Source of the DNA: an uncultured Bacillota bacterium
Lineage (GTDB): Bacteria > Bacillota_I > Bacilli_A > RF39 > UBA660
Length of the DNA stretch: 61,292 nucleotides
Reading direction: 5' to 3'
Assembly (NCBI GenBank): GCA_947168485.1
Contig: CAMVLZ010000005.1
Coordinates: 1-61,292 of the forward strand
In this document: piece by piece, positions 38,554 to 46,832 of the stretch
Position numbering within the stretch: position 1 is the first letter of the stretch
How the letters are laid out: each line of letters opens with the position of its first letter
Made by a program: the position numbers and the translations under genes
Notes under the pieces: model-generated
What the model was told of the DNA's origin: nothing
Database searches by the model: none
What the model saw: the letters and a program-made list of their open reading frames with translations, nothing else

Positions 38554-39912
38554 TTACGCTAATTCTTTTCCTTTATCATCATCTAATATTTCAGTAGTAT
38601 CCTCAAGCATCTCTTCTATTTCAGAATTGGCTAAATTATCTTTACTCACTACAGGTTTAAATTTACTTATATCTATTATTTTATCATCTAACTTTTTACT
38701 TTCATTATTTAATGCTTGTTGTTTTTTATCTACTTCTCTAATTTTATCTATCTTCATTTGCATTTTTGCTATATCTCTACAAATATCTATTCTCAAATTA
38801 ACCATATTATCAGCACCTAATTCTTTAGTAGAATTATTACCACTAATAATATTAGATTTCCTTTCAACATAATTATTTAATATACCTTTAATATCTAGTA
38901 ATAAATCATCTCTAATTTCAGGATTAACAAAAGTTGATCTATCAACTAAATTATTAATTTCAGCTAAAATATTATCTTCTAATTCTAGAGGTTGAATAGG
39001 CTCTTCTTCAACAGTAACAGAATTAGGCATAACAACTTTATCAACATCAGTTAAATACTGTAAACTTCTTTGTTTAGCTTTATTAACTCTAATATCTCCA
39101 ACTTTTTCTTTTATATCATTAACCCATCTTTTAAGTCTAGGTAAAAGAAATGATAAGTCATTATCTTCTGGAGAAGCAAACATCAATACTCCTCCTTCTA
39201 TAAGAGCAGTCGCTAAAGCAACTAAACCTCCAGCTGCAGCTATTATTCCAATATTAGGAAGAGTTAAAACAGCTCCAGCAGCAAGTTTAATCCCAGTACC
39301 TAAAGCAGCAGCAGTAGGAAGTCCTGCAACAAGTCCAACTTTACTAGTTTGTTTAGCAACTTCTTTAGCATTAGTCTTATTCAAACTATCTAAATAATCA
39401 TAATACATTCTAGCTTCTAAAGGAGTAGGTTCTTCATGTGTTTTTTCTATTTTATGTACTACTTCTTTTATCATATTTTCATTTTTTCTTAATGTATCTC
39501 TACTCTTCTCTTTTTCATTACTTAATTCACATAAGGATTTTAAGTCTGTAACTACAGAAGAACCTCTACCAAAAACATAATTTTCTTTTTCTTCATCATT
39601 AATCACAACTTTATGAGCAACTTTACGACTAGTAGTATCCATACTTCTATTACTATAAAAATCTTGTCTAGAAACTTCTGCAAAAGTATCAGTATCTTTA
39701 TCATATTTAAAAGAAGCTTTATCATCATTAATTTTTTCAGTCAATTCTCTTATCCAGTCATCATATCTAATCTCTCTAGAAGAGAAAAGATCTTTTTCAA
39801 CTACAGTACCATATCTAGTAATATAATAATCCGTACCAAATTGATCTGCTCCATATGTTTTCAATAATTCAGTTTTTTCATTATTGATAGGTTCAATTAC
39901 ATTATCATTCAT
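38554..39912 (-). CDS. Hypothetical protein with a central Gly/Ala-rich hydrophobic hairpin
   Basis: Start set at MNDNV, preceded by GAGGTG. Central segment is GLVAGLPTAAALGTGIKLAAGAVLTLPNIGIIAAAGGLVALATALIEGGVLMFA. Confidence 0.5.
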   Translation of the reverse strand: MNDNVIEPINNEKTELLKTYGADQFGTDYYITRYGTVVEKDLFSSREIRYDDWIRELTEKINDDKASFKYDKDTDTFAEVSRQDFYSNRSMDTTSRKVAHKVVINDEEKENYVFGRGSSVVTDLKSLCELSNEKEKSRDTLRKNENMIKEVVHKIEKTHEEPTPLEARMYYDYLDSLNKTNAKEVAKQTSKVGLVAGLPTAAALGTGIKLAAGAVLTLPNIGIIAAAGGLVALATALIEGGVLMFASPEDNDLSFLLPRLKRWVNDIKEKVGDIRVNKAKQRSLQYLTDVDKVVMPNSVTVEEEPIQPLELEDNILAEINNLVDRSTFVNPEIRDDLLLDIKGILNNYVERKSNIISGNNSTKELGADNMVNLRIDICRDIAKMQMKIDKIREVDKKQQALNNESKKLDDKIIDISKFKPVVSKDNLANSEIEEMLEDTTEILDDDKGKELA

Positions 39913-39977
39913 AAGCACACCTCTATCTAAATTGAATTATACTATATGTACTCAACAAAATCAAAAAGAAGAGATTA

Positions 39978-40313
39978 TTAATCCTCTTCTTTACTAGATT
40001 TACTTGACAAAAATGTAACTTTTTCTGTAATTATTTCCATAATATTTTTCTTAATACTATTCTCTTCTACTACTTTAGATTGTATTCTTCCCTTTATCCC
40101 AACAATATCTCCTTTTTTACAATATTCTTGAGTATTAGAAGCTACTTGATCAAAAGCCAAGCAATCAACAAAATCAGTATCATAATTACCATCTATATTT
40201 TTAAAACTACGTGGAATTGCCAAAGTTATAGTTGAAACTTTAACTCCATTTTCAGACTTATTAACTACAACATCACGAGTTAATCTACCTACTAAGACTA
40301 CTTGATTTAAAAT
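39978..40313 (-). CDS. ssb: Short single-stranded-DNA-binding protein (SsbB-like, no acidic C-terminal tip) with a non-ATG start
   Basis: The OB fold begins at (I/M)LNQVVLVGRLTRDVVVNKSENGVKVSTITLAIPRSFKN..., which is 30 codons upstream of the TTG start used in the ORF track. The frame opens after TGA at 40326..40328. GGAGG at 40321..40325 is followed by in-frame ATC (40316) and ATT (40313). Confidence 0.7.
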   Translation of the reverse strand: MLNQVVLVGRLTRDVVVNKSENGVKVSTITLAIPRSFKNIDGNYDTDFVDCLAFDQVASNTQEYCKKGDIVGIKGRIQSKVVEENSIKKNIMEIITEKVTFLSSKSSKEED

Positions 40314-40438
40314 GATATCACCTCCTCAAAAACATATTAAAATAATGACTAATATTAATCAAATCACTAAAAGTATAAATTCAAATACAAAGAGATAATA
40401 AATTAATAAAATCAATTAAAGAAATTAATAATTACAAC

Positions 40439-40470
40439 AAAAAAAGAAGTAAATTATTTAATTTACTTCT
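40439..40470 (-). terminator. Rho-independent terminator after the 650-aa pilin-like gene (40490..42442)
   Basis: Stem AGAAGTAAATT/AATTTACTTCT followed by T7 on the minus strand. Confidence 0.65.
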
Positions 40471-40489
40471 TATATTATTTATATAAATA

Positions 40490-42442
40490 CTATGTACCAG
40501 GTATAGGAACATATTTCTTTTCTGGTCCACTTGGACATACAAAGTTGAAATCTGATGCTCTATAAATGTCTCCTTTAGAATTTATACATAAATGATAATA
40601 TGCAGTAGTATGATAATGTCCAGCAGTACATGTCCATCCATAAGTACCATGTATTGAAGAACTACGATGCATACAATTAGCTTTTAATTTTTTTATAGTC
40701 TTTTTCCCTAAATAAATTCTAGTATAATTGCCTGCAGCATCTAAAATATGAGCATAGAATTTATGTTTACCAGAAGAATATTTCTTAGTCTTCTTATAAC
40801 TATATGATTTTTTATTTTTAATTTTTATACCCTTTTTTCTAATAGTTTTCATAGATGTCTTTTTTGTTTCATTAACATATACCCTATAAATACCACTATA
40901 AGTATCTTTTACTTTAAATTTAATAGTAAGTTTTTTAATATTTTTACTACTACCAGATATCTTAGCACTCTTTTTTACATATGTAGGATCAGTTAAATCA
41001 ATCTTATATGGACCATATGCATATTTTTTTCCACATAACAATGTCGTATTTTTATCAGTTGCTTTTCTTCTACCTCTTACCCATACAGCAAAGTAATGTA
41101 TTCCAGAAGTAGTAAATGGTTTTTTAATAACTCTACCACTAGTCGAATTCCAAGTTTTATTAATAAATGTCTTATTACCTATTTTTCTAAAATGTCCTTT
41201 GTTTTTCTTTTTTCTTAATTTTCTTGCCAATGTTTTACCTTTTTTGTACTTACCAGGTGTTTTTTCATAATAACCATCAGTTCCTACAGTAAGAGTATAT
41301 TTTATAGTTAATTTTTTATTTAACCAACCAGTTTGCTTCTTAGTAATTGTTGGACAACCAAATACAGCTGTTGGAATAGGAGGATCAGGATCAGTTACAT
41401 CACCTTGAGAAGTAATAGTTTCTTCATCCTTCTCTACAGCAGGAACATATATAGGACACGTTGCATTACGATTAGAATCATATTTATCTCTAATAGTTAC
41501 ATTTTTAGTTTCAGCCTTATCTTTAGCAGCAAATTCTCCAACATAAACATCACTATCACAACCATTAACACTAACACATGTAAATGAATAATGAAGTATA
41601 TCATTATCATCTAATTTAGTTTTTACATCTTTACAGCTTGCTTTTTCACCAACAGCCGTAATAGACATAGATTTTTCTCCAGTCCATACTCTACCTTCGC
41701 TGTCTACAGCTCTTAAGAACACCTTTAAATTAGAACTATTATTATCAGTAAATCTAGTTATATCACTTCTAACATTATATCTAGCAACATTAATAGATCC
41801 ATGTTTTTCAACTAAATTAATTTCACCTTTATAAATAGTATATGAATAATCTACTATTCTTAATTTAGAATTTGCTGTTAAAGCATCAGTTTCTATATTC
41901 ATTCTAATAATTGCAATTCTTTTTCCACCCTCAATAATTCCTTCTGGTTCAAATTCAATAGGAGCTCGTTCAGTTTCAGTTAATTTAGGTTCTTTCCTAT
42001 TAACACACCAAAGATGAGCAGTATAATGAACTTTATCAGTACCTCTTCGTACACGTACAAATGTATATTGACTCTTTTTAGCTTCTAATTCTTCAGGTCT
42101 CAAATGTTTTTCATCATATTCAGAAATAGTAGGTTTTGTTCCAATACAAGTTTCTTTATTAGCATCTTTAATCTCAGTAATATATTTATTCTTAACCAAA
42201 TTATCCATAGGAATATCTACAGCTTCTCCTACTTTTTTAGGTGTTGATTTAGTATTAGATAAATATGATTTAGCTGCAATAACAAGTTGTTTCTTTTGAG
42301 TATCATAATATCTTTCTTTAGAATTTTTAATATATGTAGAAACAGCAGGTATTGCTACCAACATAAGTATTCCAAGTATTACAACAGAACCAAGTAATTC
42401 AACCATTGTAAATCCTTTTTCTAGATTTTTTTGATTATTCAT
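40490..42442 (-). CDS. Giant modular type IV pilin-like protein (prepilin N-terminus, pilin head, Ig-like modules, Lys-rich module, Cys/His C-terminal cassette)
   Basis: Class III signal NLEKG|FTMVELLGSVVILGILMLVAIP with Glu at +5. Start set at the ATG at 42442 (MNNQKN). Confidence 0.8.
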   Translation of the reverse strand: MNNQKNLEKGFTMVELLGSVVILGILMLVAIPAVSTYIKNSKERYYDTQKKQLVIAAKSYLSNTKSTPKKVGEAVDIPMDNLVKNKYITEIKDANKETCIGTKPTISEYDEKHLRPEELEAKKSQYTFVRVRRGTDKVHYTAHLWCVNRKEPKLTETERAPIEFEPEGIIEGGKRIAIIRMNIETDALTANSKLRIVDYSYTIYKGEINLVEKHGSINVARYNVRSDITRFTDNNSSNLKVFLRAVDSEGRVWTGEKSMSITAVGEKASCKDVKTKLDDNDILHYSFTCVSVNGCDSDVYVGEFAAKDKAETKNVTIRDKYDSNRNATCPIYVPAVEKDEETITSQGDVTDPDPPIPTAVFGCPTITKKQTGWLNKKLTIKYTLTVGTDGYYEKTPGKYKKGKTLARKLRKKKNKGHFRKIGNKTFINKTWNSTSGRVIKKPFTTSGIHYFAVWVRGRRKATDKNTTLLCGKKYAYGPYKIDLTDPTYVKKSAKISGSSKNIKKLTIKFKVKDTYSGIYRVYVNETKKTSMKTIRKKGIKIKNKKSYSYKKTKKYSSGKHKFYAHILDAAGNYTRIYLGKKTIKKLKANCMHRSSSIHGTYGWTCTAGHYHTTAYYHLCINSKGDIYRASDFNFVCPSGPEKKYVPIPGT

Positions 42443-42496
42443 AATTCTCACACCCTTATATTTTTTACCTTATAAATATATGATATCACATATATC

Positions 42497-42522
42497 AAAA
42501 AAACTACATAAAAATGTAGTTT
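42497..42522 (-). terminator. Rho-independent terminator
   Basis: Stem AAACTACAT/ATGTAGTTT followed by a T-run on the minus strand. Confidence 0.6.
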
Positions 42523-42533
42523 AAAACATCAAT

Positions 42534-42944
42534 TTAAGAAACACGTAAGACAAAGTCTTTAGTATTCATTAATTTTTTCTCAGTAGTTTGATATTCAAAA
42601 AAATCTTTTCCAAAACCACTAAATTTATCAAATTGCATTTCATATGTTTTTTTATCACTACCAAAATCAAATATAAATTCTACCTTTGGTGAAACTTCAT
42701 CACTACTTTTATTTTCAACAGTTCCAGAAAATATAAACATACCTGTATCTAAAGATTCAACTATTTTTAAGTCTTTAACACAAAAATCATTATCACAATG
42801 TTCTTTAGAAAGAGTCTTATTTTGTAATACCTTCATTTCTCCTGAACCTTCATTAGAATCATTTAGATAAAAAAATATCGCTAAACCACCCAAAATAAAA
42901 GCAATTACAACTAAACCAATAATTATTACATATCTTTTATTCAT
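42534..42944 (-). CDS. Small N-terminally anchored membrane protein (paralogue of 43041..43448)
   Basis: 136 aa, one TM, conserved HCDNDFCVKDLKIV and FFEYQTT..LMNT.D..LR.S shared with its neighbour. Confidence 0.6.
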   Translation of the reverse strand: MNKRYVIIIGLVVIAFILGGLAIFFYLNDSNEGSGEMKVLQNKTLSKEHCDNDFCVKDLKIVESLDTGMFIFSGTVENKSSDEVSPKVEFIFDFGSDKKTYEMQFDKFSGFGKDFFEYQTTEKKLMNTKDFVLRVS

Positions 42945-42998
42945 ATAGCCTCCTAATCATTCAACCTACCATCTATATTAATAATACCACAAAAAGTT

Positions 42999-43028
42999 AA
43001 AAAACTACACATATAAAAATGTGTAGTT
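42999..43028 (-). terminator. Rho-independent terminator (paralogous to the one at 42497)
   Basis: Stem AACTACAC/GTGTAGTT followed by a T-run on the minus strand. Confidence 0.55.
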
Positions 43029-43040
43029 ATAATTAATTTA

Positions 43041-43448
43041 TTAAGATAATCTTAGTGCATAATCCTCAGTATTCATTAAATTATCATCTGTAGTTTGATA
43101 TTCAAAGAATTGTTTATCAAATCCTTCAATAGATTGAAATTCCATTTTATAAACTCTCTTCTTATCACCTACATCAAATATAAACTCTACATCAGGTTCA
43201 ATAGCCTCATCTGTTTTATTCTCTATATAACCAGAAAATACAACCATATCAGCATTTAATGCTTTAACTATTTTTAAATTATTAAAACAAATATTCTTTT
43301 CACAATGTTCTTTTGAAACCATCTTATTCCTTAATAATTTTACTTGATCCATAGGAACATCTGATTTATTAAAATAGAAATATAATCCAGTACAACCACC
43401 TATGATAACTGCGATAACTAAGATAATTACAATAATCTTCTTTTTCAT
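43041..43448 (-). CDS. Small N-terminally anchored membrane protein (paralogue of 42534..42944)
   Basis: 135 aa, one TM. SD GGGAGGA lies upstream, 15 nt after the stop of the 650-aa pilin-like gene, so the two genes are probably co-transcribed. Confidence 0.6.
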   Translation of the reverse strand: MKKKIIVIILVIAVIIGGCTGLYFYFNKSDVPMDQVKLLRNKMVSKEHCEKNICFNNLKIVKALNADMVVFSGYIENKTDEAIEPDVEFIFDVGDKKRVYKMEFQSIEGFDKQFFEYQTTDDNLMNTEDYALRLS

Positions 43449-43463
43449 ATTTTCCTCCCAATA

Positions 43464-45416
43464 CTACCAACCAGAAATTGGTTTATATTTTTTCTCTGGA
43501 GCTGTAGGACATACATAGTTAAAGTCACTAGCTCTATATACTTTTCCACTTGATGAAACACATAAATGGTAATATGCCTGTAAATGTGAATGCCCACCAG
43601 TACATACCCAAGAAGAAGTACCATGCTTAGAAGCACTACGATAGTTACAACTTGCACTATATTTAGGTATTTTTTTACTACCAATTTTATGTTTCGTATA
43701 ATTACCAACTCTATCTACAACATGTACATAGAAAGTATGTTTTTTAGAAGAATATTTACTAGTCTTCTTATATGTATAAGATGACTTATTCTTAACAGTT
43801 TTTCCTTTCTTCTTAACAGTTGCTGGTTTTAAAGTTTTACTAGATTCATTAACATATACAGCAGCAATTCCACTATGAGCATCTTTAACTTTAACCTTAA
43901 CAGTTAATTGCTTATAATTACTCTTAGTAGAAGATACACTACCACTTACAAACTTAGGTGCAGTTACATCAACTTTATATGGACCATAAGCATAAGTAGG
44001 ATCACATAATTTAGTTGTAACTGTTCCATTCTTTGTAGTCTTCCATTTAACTCTAACACCAAAATAGTATGTACCAGATTTTGTATATTTTTTAGTATAT
44101 GAATGTTTAGTTTTACTATTCCAAGGAATAGAAGTAAAAGTAGTATCTTTTTTTAATTTAACTTTTTTAGAATGATCATCTCTACGAGTTCTACTCCATC
44201 CACTAGATGCCTTAGGAACTAATCTAAAAGCATATGTAGCTTCTGATAAAGAATAACCAACATTAATAGAACCTTTAGTCCAACCTTGAGAAAGAGGTTT
44301 TACTGATGGACAACCGGTTTTAGGTGGTGTAGGTGTAGGTGTATTAGTACTTGGAGTTGGTGTTTCATCCAAAACAGCTGGAGGTACTTTAAGGTAACAT
44401 GTATAATTATACTTAGAATCAACTTTATCTTCCATTTGTACTGGAAGATCATATTCTCTATTTAAAGTAGCTTTATATGATCCAGTATATACATCACTTA
44501 CACATCCATTAGGACTTTCACATATAAATGAATAATAAAACATATTATCATCTTCATTAAATGATGTAACTTTTAAATTATCAGGACAAACAGCATGACC
44601 ACTAATTGAATCTGGAACAAAATTCATTTCTCCAGTAAATATTCTACCATCACTAGCAACAGCTCTTAAATGAGCAGTCAATGTAACACCATCTTTATCA
44701 ACATATCTAGTAATATCATGTTTAGCACTATAATTTTTCTCATTTATAGCACCACTCTTCTCAACTAAATTTACATTTCCTTTATAAATATTATAAGTAT
44801 AATCAACTATCCTTAAACTAGGATTATTAACTAAATCACCAGGTTTTAAAGCCATAGTAATAGTAGCAACTCTTCTACCATCTATAACATTACCACTAGC
44901 ATTAAAAGTAAGATCTAAACTATTAACTATTGGTAATTCAGAATCATTATTATAATTAACACAATATAAATGAGCAATATACTCTACTTTTTTAGAAGTT
45001 TTAGTTACTCTTACAAAAGTATATTGATTTTTTAATTTTTTTAATTCCTCTTTTTCTTCTTTAGATAAATTAGGTTTATCATAAGCAGAAATATCTGGTT
45101 GAGTTCCAACACAAGTCTGTTTATTAGCATCTTTAATTTCAGTAATATATTTATTTCTAACTAATTCATCCATAGATATATCAAGAGAATCGCCAACTCT
45201 TTTTGGAGTCTTTTTAGAATTAGATAAATAAGACTTAGCAGCTATAACAAGTTGTTTCTTTTGAGTTTCATAATACCTATCTTTAGAAGTTTTAATATAC
45301 TTATTAACAAAAGGTATAGCTACCATCATAAGTATTCCAAGTATAACAACAGAACCAAGTAATTCAACCATCGTAAAAGCTTTATTTTGTTTTTCTTTTT
45401 TACTATTTTTTTTCAT
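43464..45416 (-). CDS. Giant modular type IV pilin-like protein (paralogue of 40490..42442)
   Basis: Class III signal KQNKA|FTMVELLGSVVILGILMMVAIP (Ala at -1, Glu at +5). Collinear with its paralogue along the whole length. SD AGGAG upstream. Confidence 0.8.
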   Translation of the reverse strand: MKKNSKKEKQNKAFTMVELLGSVVILGILMMVAIPFVNKYIKTSKDRYYETQKKQLVIAAKSYLSNSKKTPKRVGDSLDISMDELVRNKYITEIKDANKQTCVGTQPDISAYDKPNLSKEEKEELKKLKNQYTFVRVTKTSKKVEYIAHLYCVNYNNDSELPIVNSLDLTFNASGNVIDGRRVATITMALKPGDLVNNPSLRIVDYTYNIYKGNVNLVEKSGAINEKNYSAKHDITRYVDKDGVTLTAHLRAVASDGRIFTGEMNFVPDSISGHAVCPDNLKVTSFNEDDNMFYYSFICESPNGCVSDVYTGSYKATLNREYDLPVQMEDKVDSKYNYTCYLKVPPAVLDETPTPSTNTPTPTPPKTGCPSVKPLSQGWTKGSINVGYSLSEATYAFRLVPKASSGWSRTRRDDHSKKVKLKKDTTFTSIPWNSKTKHSYTKKYTKSGTYYFGVRVKWKTTKNGTVTTKLCDPTYAYGPYKVDVTAPKFVSGSVSSTKSNYKQLTVKVKVKDAHSGIAAVYVNESSKTLKPATVKKKGKTVKNKSSYTYKKTSKYSSKKHTFYVHVVDRVGNYTKHKIGSKKIPKYSASCNYRSASKHGTSSWVCTGGHSHLQAYYHLCVSSSGKVYRASDFNYVCPTAPEKKYKPISGW

Positions 45417-45508
45417 ACATTACTCCTACCATTATTCTCTCTATCATAATAATAACATAAAATAAAAAAAAAGAAAGTAAAAAACCTACTTTTTTTTAGT
45501 TATGTCTA

Positions 45509-46822
45509 TTATAAATTCCTCTTTATTAGTTGATTTAATTCTACTGCATACTCCATAGGTAATTCTTCTCTAAATTTCTCAATAAAACCTAGTACTATTA
45601 ATTCTTCAGCTCTATTTTGATCAATTCCCCTACTCATTAAATAGAATAAATTATCTTCACTAATTTTAGATACAGTAGCTTCATGTTCTAAATAACTATT
45701 ATCATTATAACAACTATTATCAGGAAAAGTATCACTCTTACTTTTATCATCTAATATTAAAGTATCACATTTAACTAAGGATTCAGAGTTATCAGCATTC
45801 TTATCTATATAAACCTTTCCTCTATAACTAGCATTACCACCATTACGAGAAATACTCTTAGAAAGAATAGTACTCTTAGTATTTTTACCCAAATGAATCA
45901 TTCTAGCTCCACTATCTTGCTCCTGACCAGATGAAGCCATACTAATAGTAATACAAGTACCTTGAGAATTATTACCCTTTAATACACAACAAGGATATTT
46001 CATAGTAATTTTACTACCAATATTACCATCAATCCATTCCATAGTACCATTCTCATCTACTAAAGCTCTCTTAGTAACTAAATTATATACATTAGGAGCC
46101 CAATTTTGTATTGTTGAATAACGACATTTACTTCCCTTACCAACATATATTTCAACTACTGCTGCATGCAAACTACTATCACTATATGTAGGTGCAGTAC
46201 ATCCTTCAATATAATGAAGTTCACTATAATCATCAACAACAATCAAAGTTCTTTCAAATTGACCCATATTTTTAGCATTAATTCTAAAATAACTTTGTAA
46301 TGGTCTATCTAACTTAGTATGAGGTGGTATATAGATAAAACTACCTCCAGAGAAAACAGCTCCATTCAATGCAGCAAACTTATTCTCATCATTTTTAACA
46401 ATCTTTCCAAAATACTTATCAACTATCTCAGGATAATCCTTCATAGCATTCTCTATAGAAGTAAATATTACTTTTTTATCTTCTATTTCTTTTAACATAG
46501 AATGATATATAACTTCACTTTCATATTGAACACCCATACCACCCATATGAATTTCACTCTCTCTAACACCAACAGAATCTAATTCATCAACTATAGGTTT
46601 TAATATATTATTCCAATTATCTTGAATAGCTTTATCCTTATCATTACTTTTATAATAAATAATTTTATTAAAATCTAATGATAATTTAGGTCCAAAAGAA
46701 GGTAACCCTATCTTCTTAAAATTATTATAACTATCTATTCTAAAGTCTCTAATCTTATCACTTTCACCCTTAAATTTAGAAATTTTTAATATATTATTTT
46801 TATTTATACCAACAATTTCCAT
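45509..46822 (-). CDS. sufB: Fe-S cluster assembly scaffold protein SufB
   Basis: SufB/D beta-helix core (HYIEGCTAP, CVLKGNNSQG) and the FYLMSRGI C-terminal motif. Last gene of the suf cluster. Confidence 0.92.
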   Translation of the reverse strand: MEIVGINKNNILKISKFKGESDKIRDFRIDSYNNFKKIGLPSFGPKLSLDFNKIIYYKSNDKDKAIQDNWNNILKPIVDELDSVGVRESEIHMGGMGVQYESEVIYHSMLKEIEDKKVIFTSIENAMKDYPEIVDKYFGKIVKNDENKFAALNGAVFSGGSFIYIPPHTKLDRPLQSYFRINAKNMGQFERTLIVVDDYSELHYIEGCTAPTYSDSSLHAAVVEIYVGKGSKCRYSTIQNWAPNVYNLVTKRALVDENGTMEWIDGNIGSKITMKYPCCVLKGNNSQGTCITISMASSGQEQDSGARMIHLGKNTKSTILSKSISRNGGNASYRGKVYIDKNADNSESLVKCDTLILDDKSKSDTFPDNSCYNDNSYLEHEATVSKISEDNLFYLMSRGIDQNRAEELIVLGFIEKFREELPMEYAVELNQLIKRNL

Positions 46823-46832
46823 ATTTCACCAA

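Noticed and set aside
43445-43708. 87-aa minus-strand ORF overlapping the 3' end of the 650-aa pilin-like gene in another frame. Similar alternative-frame ORFs occur at 12094..12318 and 21032..21235.
   Set aside because: - It lies in an alternative frame of the best-conserved part of the gene (the Cys/His cassette).
- It has no SD.
- Its translation is hydrophobic and low-complexity.
- It is most likely an ORF-caller artefact.
44313-44327. PPKTG, a C. difficile SrtB-type sorting motif, inside the 650-aa pilin-like protein (..TPTPPKTGCPSV..).
   Set aside because: - It is internal, in a Pro/Thr linker.
- It is not followed by a hydrophobic helix and basic tail.
- The paralogue has PIPTAVFGCPT at the same position.
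- It is most likely coincidental.
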